The notes: generated from the sequence alone by a model not told the origin. A DNA stretch of 32,000 nt from Candidatus Saccharimonadota bacterium (GCF_008189285.1 NZ_CP043315.1:570001-602000); one strand, 5' to 3'. Shown: positions 6,907 to 15,113, numbered from the stretch's first letter. Made by a program: numbers and translations.

Positions 6907-9900
6907 ATGCAAAACATATCTGGCGGTAAAAGAAAAAGAGGAAGTGATGATGATATTCAATCTACTGTAGTAGTTGAAGATAATCGTCGTATTGTTAAAG
7001 TAGAAAATAAGCAAGAGCAGGTAGAGCCTGATTCTAAGAAGCAAAAGAAAGCTGATCCGTATAATATAGAATGGGTCGCAACATTTAACTATGACTTAAC
7101 CGATAAACCAGAAGACTATGTTGGTCATGTGTTTGTTTTAAATATACAAGAAGGTTTATCTGAAGCTTTTTGTGTAAATGGATCAGGATCTTTTAAAAAT
7201 AAGCAAGAAAATATGGTTGGCAAGAAAGTTAGACTTGGATTAAGTATTGGAATACCTGGTCTAGATACTAAATGTTGGCATGGCGTTGTAAATAAATGGG
7301 AATACTTAAGAGATAGTAGCGCTAAAGATGTAGATGGCAAGAAAATACATCACTATATGTATAAGTTTAGCATAATTCCTGAAATACAATTTAAGTTAAG
7401 CACAAAACGAAGCAGAGTTTTCTTCCCATCTGGTGATGATCAGTCATATTCTGATAATCAAGATATCAAGTTTAATAGGGCAAAATTGATGAATTATGTT
7501 GCAGAAAAACTGATTAAAGATAATGGAGTTGATTTACAAGATAATCCTCCAAATGAAAAAAGAAAGAAAAGTATATATGAAGAATATGATGCTATATACT
7601 CATTCTATGATTATTTAGTTGGAAATAGGGAAAATACTGATCCAGAAAATAAAGTTGATAGAGGGCTTCTTGAAAAATTAGATGAGAAAAATGGTATATC
7701 AAACAACATTGCAGTGCAAATTAAACTTGTTGATGCTTTTGGTAAATTGAGCAAATTTGATGGGAAGATACCAATCAAAGGTGCAGATAACTCTCAAAAG
7801 AATGCAATTGAAAAGGAAGAAGAAGCAACAAAACATAAATGCCCACCCAAGCGCCCATTTTTCAATTACGAAGATAAAACTAACTTTTCACAAACAGATG
7901 AAGAAGAGTTTCCTGAGTATATTGTGCAGTATGATGAGACGGATTGGGAATTTTTAAATAGATTGTGCAGGGAGTTTGGAGTGTATTATTGCTTCGAACA
8001 TACTGATTATCATACTGGAATGGTGTTTTATAGTAATCCTCAAGGAGGAGATTCTGACAATGCATTCGAGGATTTTGGAAGATTTGAGGAAGACGAAGAT
8101 GATGAGGATTATGAGTCGCAAGAAAATGAAGAGTCTTCAGCCGAATCCAAACCATATAAAACTTATCTAGGATATGAAAATGCGATTTTAGGCTATAAGC
8201 CAGATGGCTCATATGATGAGGAAGCGATTAAAGTTCATAAAAGTAAGCAGAAATCACTTAAATCTAATGAAACTTCTAATAGTTCTGCAGGAAATTCTGA
8301 TTCTGACGTAGGGAATAACGAAAATATCCAGAATAAAAGCGATGATAAAACAATTCCTCATGTAACACGTGGCGATGAGAATAAGGTTTTTGATTTGAGC
8401 GATCCATTCACTGATTCAAAGCCATTATATTATAGCAATGCAAATTTGAAGCGAGCAGATGATCAATATATTTCTCAATGGCATGAAGTGAATCAATTCG
8501 TTCAGCCTGCTCCACAACTTTATGGATATAATCCTGATTATGATCCAGAAAAGCGTAATGTTCTTCGTGAGCAAGATCAAAGTGAAGGTGGAGGCAGTTT
8601 TTCTGAAAGTGAAAGTGCAAATTCAGAAAAAGGAAGCAGTAGAATTCAGAATTACTATAATGAGAATTTTACATCTGAGAAACGAGTAAATGATTATAAT
8701 GAGCTATATAAACAGCATGCCCAATCTACTGAGACGGAATATTATGCGAAAACTTATCGTCAAGAAATTAGCCCTGGATATAAATTTGTCCTTACACATC
8801 ACCCTGATTTAGATATGAATGGGCAATATTATGTAAAGCGAGCTGTTCATAATTTGAGCTACGAAGTTGTAAATAATGCAGACCCCGAATCTGCAGATTT
8901 GGATGATATGGAGTTGCGTTATGAAAATGAAGCTGTGTTTGCAAAAATAGATCAGCCATTTAAGATTTTGCCAATTCCTCAAAGGAAAATTCTTGGAATT
9001 CAAACTGGAATTGTTGTTGGAGGGGAAGATCAGAAAATTTATACTAATCATATGGGTCATGTGAAGGTTTATTTTCATTGGGATAGCGCGAGAAAAGATT
9101 TAAGTGATGGAGAAAAACTTCAGCAAGCAATTTGGGTTCGTGTAGCTCAATGGGGAGGAGCTGGAAATGAATGGGGAGGATTTTTTGTACCTCGCGTTGG
9201 TCAAGAGGTTATAATTTCATTCGAAAATGGCAATCCTAGCAAGCCGATTGTGATGGGATGTTTGTATAATCGCTCAACAATGCCTCCATATAATTTAGTG
9301 GAAACTGAAGAAGTTACAGCGAAAACTGGAATCAAAACGGAGTCTTTAAAAGATGTTGAAGAAGGAGAAGAAAAAGGATTTAATGAGCTTAGCTTTGAGG
9401 ATAAAGCAAATGAGGAAAAGGTTTTTCTTCATGCTGAAAAAGATTATGAACAGATTATTAAAGATACGCGCAAATCTAGTATAGGAAGCGGTTCAGATGA
9501 ATTAACTATTAGCAAAGGTGATAGAAAAGTAGAGATTCTAGGCGAGGATGATCCAACAGACGGCTCTGGAAATGATATTCTGATTATTAAAAAAGGAAAT
9601 AAGGAAATAAAACTTGAATCTGAAGAGGCGAAGAATTTTCTTACAGAGCTAAAAAATGGAGATATAATTAATAAAATTGAAGAGGGGAATTATAAACTAG
9701 ATCTGCAGAAAGGAAATCAGGAGATCAAATTACAAGATGGGGATGTTGAAATTAGTATTGAAAAAGGAGATATGAAGATAAATATGAATCAAGGAGATCA
9801 AAAAGAAAATATTACTGGAAACAAAGATATAACTATTGTTAATGGAAACTATACTATAAAAATTGTGGGAGGAAATATGGAGATTGAGGCAAGTCAAATT

Positions 9901-10071
9901 TCATATCAGGCAACTGATTTCTCGATTAAATCTGCAGGTAATTTGAGCTTGGAAGCTGGTGGAAATCTGAGCATTAAGGGAGGAAATATAGAGATGAAAA
10001 GTGAAACAACGGCAGATATTGAGGCGTCAGCGATGATGAATATCAACGCAGGAATAGTGAATATAAACTAA
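6907..10071 (+). CDS. vgrG: Type VI secretion spike protein VgrG (gp27-gp5 fusion, 1054 aa) with a basic N-terminal extension and low-complexity insertions
   Basis: Hallmark VgrG strings are present: EGLSEAF; DWEFLNRLCREFGVYYCFEH; GIQTGIVVGGEDQKIYTNHMGHVKVYFHWD; IWVRVAQWGGAGNEWGGFFVPRVGQEVIISFENGNPSKPIVMGCLYN; GFNELSFEDKANEEKVFLHAEKD. The C-terminus has beta-helix-type short repeats (KGNQEIKLQDGDVEISIEKGDMKINMNQGD...). Confidence 0.92.
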   Translation: MQNISGGKRKRGSDDDIQSTVVVEDNRRIVKVENKQEQVEPDSKKQKKADPYNIEWVATFNYDLTDKPEDYVGHVFVLNIQEGLSEAFCVNGSGSFKNKQENMVGKKVRLGLSIGIPGLDTKCWHGVVNKWEYLRDSSAKDVDGKKIHHYMYKFSIIPEIQFKLSTKRSRVFFPSGDDQSYSDNQDIKFNRAKLMNYVAEKLIKDNGVDLQDNPPNEKRKKSIYEEYDAIYSFYDYLVGNRENTDPENKVDRGLLEKLDEKNGISNNIAVQIKLVDAFGKLSKFDGKIPIKGADNSQKNAIEKEEEATKHKCPPKRPFFNYEDKTNFSQTDEEEFPEYIVQYDETDWEFLNRLCREFGVYYCFEHTDYHTGMVFYSNPQGGDSDNAFEDFGRFEEDEDDEDYESQENEESSAESKPYKTYLGYENAILGYKPDGSYDEEAIKVHKSKQKSLKSNETSNSSAGNSDSDVGNNENIQNKSDDKTIPHVTRGDENKVFDLSDPFTDSKPLYYSNANLKRADDQYISQWHEVNQFVQPAPQLYGYNPDYDPEKRNVLREQDQSEGGGSFSESESANSEKGSSRIQNYYNENFTSEKRVNDYNELYKQHAQSTETEYYAKTYRQEISPGYKFVLTHHPDLDMNGQYYVKRAVHNLSYEVVNNADPESADLDDMELRYENEAVFAKIDQPFKILPIPQRKILGIQTGIVVGGEDQKIYTNHMGHVKVYFHWDSARKDLSDGEKLQQAIWVRVAQWGGAGNEWGGFFVPRVGQEVIISFENGNPSKPIVMGCLYNRSTMPPYNLVETEEVTAKTGIKTESLKDVEEGEEKGFNELSFEDKANEEKVFLHAEKDYEQIIKDTRKSSIGSGSDELTISKGDRKVEILGEDDPTDGSGNDILIIKKGNKEIKLESEEAKNFLTELKNGDIINKIEEGNYKLDLQKGNQEIKLQDGDVEISIEKGDMKINMNQGDQKENITGNKDITIVNGNYTIKIVGGNMEIEASQISYQATDFSIKSAGNLSLEAGGNLSIKGGNIEMKSETTADIEASAMMNINAGIVNIN

Positions 10072-10619
10072 TGAATATTGAGCAAATAATAAAAAATCAA
10101 CAACTAGCATGTGATTCAGAGAATACGATTTCTAGCAATGATTTTGAAGAAGTGATAGTAGATGGAAAAACTATTGAAAAACATGCAATGCAGGATGGAG
10201 TGAGAAATGGGGAAAGTATATATTATAAAGATGGGAAGATTTCTCAAAGAATAAATTACAAAGATGGGAAGATTTTTGGCGCAGTAGAAATATATAAAAA
10301 TGGATCTTTGAATTTAATTATGAATTATAAGAATGAAAAGCCAAATGGGCCTATGTATGTTTTTGAAAAAGGGAAATTATCACAAATAGGATTTTATAAA
10401 GATGAAAAGAAACATGGGAAATTCTTTGTTTTTAATAATGAATATCTATCAAAAGAAGAAAATTATAAAGATGATTTATTGGAAGGAATTTCAATTATAT
10501 ACTATCCAAAATCTACAAATATTTTTGAAATTGGAGAATATTTTGCAGGAGACAAAAATGGATCCTGGAAGCAATTTGACTTAGATGGAAACATTATCAA
10601 AGAAGAATTCTTCGATTAA
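10071..10619 (+). CDS. MORN-repeat-variant / YwqK-antitoxin-like protein (182 aa)
   Basis: Reiterated Y-K-D/N-G-K...G units (YYKDGKISQRINYKDGKIFGAVEIYKNGSL..NYKNEKPNGPMYVFEKGKL..FYKDEKKHGKF). The ATG overlaps the vgrG TAA by 1 nt (TAATG). Confidence 0.7.
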   Translation: MNIEQIIKNQQLACDSENTISSNDFEEVIVDGKTIEKHAMQDGVRNGESIYYKDGKISQRINYKDGKIFGAVEIYKNGSLNLIMNYKNEKPNGPMYVFEKGKLSQIGFYKDEKKHGKFFVFNNEYLSKEENYKDDLLEGISIIYYPKSTNIFEIGEYFAGDKNGSWKQFDLDGNIIKEEFFD

Positions 10620-10704
10620 AGTGTATTTGCCCTACCAAAGAAAATAGTAATAATTTATAGATATTTATACAATATTGGAATTTCATTTATAGTTTTGTAT
10701 AATC

Positions 10705-11310
10705 TTAATTTACAAAAGACGCATTCATCAACTTTGCTCTATTAAACTTAATATCTTGATTATCTGAATACGATTGATCATCACCAGATGGGAAGAAAAC
10801 TCTGCTTCGTTTTGTGCTTAACTTAAATTGTATTTCAGGAATTATGCTAAACTTATACATATAGTGATGTATTTTCTTGCCATCTACATCTTTAGCGCTA
10901 CTATCTCTTAAGTATTCCCATTTATTTACAACGCCATGCCAACATTTAGTATCTAGACCAGGTATTCCAATACTTAATCCAAGTCTAACTTTCTTGCCAA
11001 CCATATTTTCTTGCTTATTTTTAAAAGATCCTGATCCATTTACACAAAAAGCTTCAGATAAACCTTCTTGTATATTTAAAACAAACACATGACCAACATA
11101 GTCTTCTGGTTTATCGGTTAAGTCATAGTTAAATGTTGCGACCCATTCTATATTATACGGATCAGCTTTCTTTTGCTTCTTAGAATCAGGCTCTACCTGC
11201 TCTTGCTTATTTTCTACTTTAACAATACGACGATTATCTTCAACTACTACAGTAGATTGAATGTCATCATCACTTCCTCTTTTTCTTTTACCACCAGATA
11301 TGTTTTGCAT
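10705..11310 (-). pseudogene. Truncated vgrG 5' copy. It has 196 codons identical in protein to vgrG, then 5 unrelated codons and a stop. The start codon is intact.
   Basis: The ORF translation is identical to VgrG residues 1-196. It lacks the gp27 remainder and the gp5 domain. Homology ends at 10723. Confidence 0.8.
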
Positions 11311-11346
11311 TTTGACAAAGCATAGGCTTCATTGATTAAGATTATC

Positions 11347-12645
11347 TTAAGATTTCTTTAAATTCTCAACATAGTTTTTAGCAAAAACTTCTGCTTTTGG
11401 CATAACATAAGATTTTACAAATGCATCGATGTGTTCTTTGGCAGCTTCTCCATGTTTAATATAATAAATGGTCGTGCCTTGCGAAGCATTGCATATATTG
11501 AATGATATTTGATTGATATTAAGTTGATTGTCTTTATTTTCTTCATTTATCTTACCAAGCTCTTTACTCAAAGCAACTGCAATGTATTCATTAAATATGA
11601 AATGGTATAAATCGTCTCTTATATATGTTCTTGTCATTGCAATTTTATCTGATTCATCTAGATCTTGGCTAACTTTAGGAGCTTTAGACTTATCTGACCA
11701 CATTGCATCTGTTTCTTCTTGGCGCATCTTCTTGAACTTAGCTTTGTATTCTTCAAATATAGGATCTATTTCTAAATCTAAAGCACTTAATAGATATCGA
11801 ATAGTGCTTGCTTCTTCTTGATCGCTAGGACATCTTAGATCACATAATCTTATATAAGAGCATCTGTCATAATCTGCTATTATATCAAGCATGAATTGAA
11901 AGCATTGCTCTTCATCTTGAGAAAAAAGTTCTTTCAAATCTTCATTATCTACATGTCTTCTAGCTCCTAATCCTGAAAGACATTGTCTCAAAGCCCCTCT
12001 CATTTTTCTAACCTTTTGATCTCTTTGGTACAGGAATACATCTTCCAGATCATCTTTATCTGTTGGGGGATTGATGTGAAACTGTGCTCTCTTTGCTTCT
12101 AGCTTCCAGTCCACTACCTCACCATTCTCATGACTCTTTAGCAAGTAATCTGCAAACTCAATCAACTCGCTTAGCTTAGATTGATGTATATCATCGGCCA
12201 TCTGCTCTATTGCTGAAGTTAATACAGATGCATCTTCTGGAAGATTCGATTTAATCTCATAAATATATCGCACTATCATATATTCTGTTTTGTCATCAAA
12301 TGATGATAATTTATAATCCAGCATATTTTGCAATCCCTGCTCATCATACTTTTTGAGCGAAATAACAAAACTATCATCATCATTACCTTTAGACATTTGC
12401 AAATATATCATCAATTTATACTTGCCATTAGATTCATTTGGGCACAATTTCTTAGTTTCATCTAAGTATTCTTCATACAATTCTTGAGTATAGAAATCAA
12501 AACGATTTTCATCATTTGAACTTTCTGATTTCTCATCTATATCAACTCTGCTAGGATTTTCACTCAAATCCCCTTCTCCAGCAAATATAGACTCTCTCGC
12601 TCCAACTAACATCATAGCTAGTATCAAAATTCTCAGGTTCTTCAT
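11347..12645 (-). CDS. Secreted (Sec signal peptide) protein of unknown function, VgrG-linked paralogue B (432 aa)
   Basis: It has the same 32-aa N-terminus and signal peptide as paralogue A. The central 72 aa are identical, a 29-aa block is near-identical, and the last 32 aa are near-identical. The rest is diverged. Confidence 0.8.
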   Translation of the reverse strand: MKNLRILILAMMLVGARESIFAGEGDLSENPSRVDIDEKSESSNDENRFDFYTQELYEEYLDETKKLCPNESNGKYKLMIYLQMSKGNDDDSFVISLKKYDEQGLQNMLDYKLSSFDDKTEYMIVRYIYEIKSNLPEDASVLTSAIEQMADDIHQSKLSELIEFADYLLKSHENGEVVDWKLEAKRAQFHINPPTDKDDLEDVFLYQRDQKVRKMRGALRQCLSGLGARRHVDNEDLKELFSQDEEQCFQFMLDIIADYDRCSYIRLCDLRCPSDQEEASTIRYLLSALDLEIDPIFEEYKAKFKKMRQEETDAMWSDKSKAPKVSQDLDESDKIAMTRTYIRDDLYHFIFNEYIAVALSKELGKINEENKDNQLNINQISFNICNASQGTTIYYIKHGEAAKEHIDAFVKSYVMPKAEVFAKNYVENLKKS

Positions 12646-12668
12646 AACAACCCCCCTAAATTACTACA

Positions 12669-12696
12669 ATCTTACCCCACAAAAAGTAATTGTCAA
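12669..12696 (-). promoter_or_regulatory. Mirror copy of the cassette promoter
   Basis: Reverse complement gives TTGACA (12696-12691), 16 nt, TAAGAT (12674-12669), plus the same RBS before the ATG at 12645. Confidence 0.4.
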
Positions 12697-12873
12697 TGAA
12701 AAATGATGTTTGACTAATAAATTAACCAATAAAAGGTAATTCTAAATTCATTTTTAATGTTTTAATGTATATTAATGCCTAATTCAATGCATTTCAAATT
12801 ATCGACAAATACATTACGTAAATGCAGTTCTTTTAGATTGTTTTTTGTCAATACATGTTGTAACATTCTTTTG

Positions 12874-12947
12874 CGGGGCGTAGCGCAGTCTGGTAGCGCA
12901 TCTGCTTTGGGAGCAGGGGGTCGGAAGTTCGAATCTTCTCGCCCCGA
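12874..12947 (+). tRNA. tRNA-Pro (anticodon UGG)
   Basis: Cloverleaf folded by hand. Acceptor CGGGGCG/CGCCCCG, D-arm GCGC..GCGC, anticodon loop UUUGGGA (UGG at 12908-12910), T-loop TTCGAAT. No encoded CCA. Confidence 0.9.
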
Positions 12948-12954
12948 TTGATTA

Positions 12955-13042
12955 GGAAGAGTGGCCGAGTGGCTGAAGGCGCATGCCTGGAAAGCATGTA
13001 TACGGTTTCACCGTATCGAGGGTTCGAATCCCTCTTCTTCCG
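12955..13042 (+). tRNA. tRNA-Ser (anticodon GGA), class II with a long variable arm
   Basis: Acceptor GGAAGAG/TTCTTCC, anticodon stem CATGC/GCATG with loop CUGGAAA, variable arm TACGG..CCGTA, T-arm GAGGG TTCGAAT CCCTC. Confidence 0.9.
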
Positions 13043-13155
13043 TATTAGTCGCCCGCAAAAATCTAAGAATAAAAGAGGGAAGAACGAAACGAATGGAATG
13101 AGTGGAAGTTAAATCCCTCTTCTTCCGTATTAGTCGCCCGCAAAAATCTAAGAAT
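13027..13155 (+). repeat. Two perfect 44-bp direct repeats (13027-13070 and 13112-13155). The first includes the last 16 nt of tRNA-Ser. This looks like an att-like scar.
   Basis: AATCCCTCTTCTTCCGTATTAGTCGCCCGCAAAAATCTAAGAAT occurs twice, 41 nt apart. The second copy is preceded by a degenerate T-arm (GTGGAAGTTAAATCCCTC). Confidence 0.9.
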
Positions 13156-13452
13156 TAAAAATAAGATTTTGAGAGAAAACGATAAATAGAAGTTAACTGA
13201 GCGCAGCGAAGAGAGTAAATTTAAATGTAATGCAAATTTATCAAGAGAGCGTAGCGAGCTGGAATGAGATTTTGAATTAAATGAAAAATTTAGTCATAAT
13301 TAAAATATGCTCAACGAACTATGTCAAGTAAATTTGTTTTTTGGTTATTCAAAAAATTACTATAAATCTCATATAATTTGCTAAAATATAAAAACTTTTT
13401 TCATTTCTCATTGTTATTAAATCATTTAAAATTTCTAACAATTATAAATCTG

Positions 13453-14910
13453 CTATTTTAACCCTCTATACAAATCAAGAGCCTTGTTTCTGGAATCTGC
13501 TAAATCAACAATGGGATTTGGATAAGTTTCTCCCAAAATTATTCCAGCTGATTTTAAAACTTCCTCAGTAGCCTCCCAAGGCTTAAACAAATATTTATCA
13601 GGCAAATTACTTAATTCAGGTACAAATTTCTTAGTATAATCACCATGTTTGTCAAATTTTTCTCCCTGAATGATTGGGTTAAAAATCCTAAAATATGGAG
13701 ACGCATCAACCCCACTGCCAGCAACCCATTGCCAGCTTGCGCTATTATTAGCAAGATCTGCGTCAACCAAGCAATCCCAAAACCAATCTCTTCCTTCATG
13801 CCAATGAATATTTAAATTTTTTACCAAGAATGATGCAGTCACCATTCTAATTCTATTATGCATATATCCTGTTTTCCATAACTGACGCATTCCTGCATCA
13901 ATAATTGGATATCCAGTATTTCCATATTGCCATGCTTTTAAATGCTTTTCATTACTCTTCCATGGAAAGTTGTCAAATTTACTATTAAAATTATCTTTAT
14001 GAATATTCTTAGAATGGTGCAATAAGTAACATGAAAACTCTCTCCATATTATTTCACTTAAAAAATGATCTATATCGCAATCTATTGCATGCAACTTTCC
14101 AACATTGCTAATATATTCCCAAACTTTAGAAGGAGATATTTCGCCAAAATGTAAATGAGCAGATAACAGAGATGTGGAATTTTTTGCTGGATAATCTCTA
14201 TCTTTTTTATATCCAGAAAGCTTGTTTTTTACAAAATAACTAAACTTATTTTGCGCTGCCATCTCTCCTATATCGCATGATTCTAAAATTTTTTGATGCC
14301 ATTTTTCCTTCATCGGAATTAAATCTAGATCCAACAAAGTGGTTTTATTTTCAATATCTTTGATAGTGCTGATTTTTTTTAAATTTTCTACTGCCTTGCG
14401 CGGAGAAAGCAAGTAAGACTTATTTTTATATGCAGAAAAAACTTTATAATAACTTTGATCATTTTTTAATATATCATCTGGATTCCACAAATAATTACTG
14501 TTGAATTCTTTATAATTAACAAATCTTTTATTGCAAACCATTTTAACGTCATTTGCTTGCATTGCGCTCCAAGGCTCATAACATAAATTGCAAAAAACAT
14601 TGCTAACATTATATTTTTCAATAATTTCTTCAATAATCTTACTTGACACTCCTGAATATATATTAAGGTTTCCATTTAAAGACTTGTTTAACATATCAAG
14701 TGAATGATGCAACCATATCTTGCTAGCGCTGCCAATTTTAAATGAGTCAGGAACATAGTAATCATCTAATATATAAATAGGAAGGATGTCTCCTAAATTA
14801 GATGCTGCAACAACAGATAAATTATCAGATAATCTTAAATCCTGCCTAAACCAAGCTATGGAAATCTTTTTCACAATACCAATATAATTGAATATAATTA
14901 TTTTTAGCAA
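13453..14910 (-). CDS. phrB: Deoxyribodipyrimidine photolyase (class I CPD photolyase family). The start is TTG at 14910 or, more likely, GTG at 14874.
   Basis: Collinear with E. coli Phr: IAWFRQDLRLSDN, YKVFSAYK, TSLLSAHLHFGEISP, IIWREF, TGYPIIDAGMRQL..TGYMHNRIRMVTASFLVKNL, DADLANNSASWQW, PYFRIFNPIIQGEKFD. Confidence 0.9.
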   Translation of the reverse strand: MLKIIIFNYIGIVKKISIAWFRQDLRLSDNLSVVAASNLGDILPIYILDDYYVPDSFKIGSASKIWLHHSLDMLNKSLNGNLNIYSGVSSKIIEEIIEKYNVSNVFCNLCYEPWSAMQANDVKMVCNKRFVNYKEFNSNYLWNPDDILKNDQSYYKVFSAYKNKSYLLSPRKAVENLKKISTIKDIENKTTLLDLDLIPMKEKWHQKILESCDIGEMAAQNKFSYFVKNKLSGYKKDRDYPAKNSTSLLSAHLHFGEISPSKVWEYISNVGKLHAIDCDIDHFLSEIIWREFSCYLLHHSKNIHKDNFNSKFDNFPWKSNEKHLKAWQYGNTGYPIIDAGMRQLWKTGYMHNRIRMVTASFLVKNLNIHWHEGRDWFWDCLVDADLANNSASWQWVAGSGVDASPYFRIFNPIIQGEKFDKHGDYTKKFVPELSNLPDKYLFKPWEATEEVLKSAGIILGETYPNPIVDLADSRNKALDLYRGLK

Positions 14911-15015
14911 TTAGTTACGCATTATTTCAATATTTATTGCATGCACCATAGGAAACAAGTAAAATTTAATAAATATATTCAATAGATTTAGAGTGAAACG
15001 CGAAAAATTTAAATT

Positions 15016-15113
15016 AAACTCTTCTTCTTTTATATTAAATCACACGCAAAAATCTAATAATCAAGAAGAAAAAGCTAAAGAAATAGAGCAAGTGAGAACT
15101 AAACCCTTATTCC
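15016..15113 (+). repeat. Degenerate third copy of the tRNA-Ser-3'-end repeat module
   Basis: CTCTTCTTC...TATTAAATCACACGCAAAAATCTAATAAT...GTGAGAACTAAACCCTTATTCC aligns by eye with 13031-13125. That stretch covers CTCTTCTTCCGTATTAGTCGCCCGCAAAAATCTAAGAAT...GTGGAAGTTAAATCCCTCTTCTTCC. Confidence 0.6.

Larger units (their letters stand above)
5509..7494. repeat. Left arm of a roughly 2-kb inverted repeat. Its partner is 10723-12712.
   Basis: Manual reverse-complement comparison. Segments 5509-5670, 5989-6204, 6454-6540 and 6772-7494 are near-identical to the partner arm. The segments between them are strongly diverged. Confidence 0.9.
10723..12712. repeat. Right arm of the roughly 2-kb inverted repeat. 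Its partner is 5509-7494.
   Basis: Same comparison as for the left arm. Near-identical blocks are 12712-12550, 12201-11986, 11733-11647 and 11445-10723. Confidence 0.9.

Noticed and set aside
7125-7340. A 71-aa ORF antisense to vgrG, with an identical twin at 10877..11092
   Set aside because: The twin exists only because both lie in the inverted repeat. Both are antisense shadows inside a strongly supported VgrG reading frame, with no start context or motif.
7757-9078. Several 60-110-aa ORFs within or antisense to vgrG (7757..7957, 7880..8212, 7976..8170, 8408..8620, 8809..9078)
   Set aside because: They are off-frame or antisense ORFs inside a gene with unmistakable VgrG motifs. Their translations are low-complexity and typical of AT-rich shadow frames.
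13611-14675. Minus-strand ORFs 13611..13799 and 14466..14675 inside the photolyase gene
   Set aside because: They are alternative frames within a gene that aligns end to end with the class I photolyase pattern.
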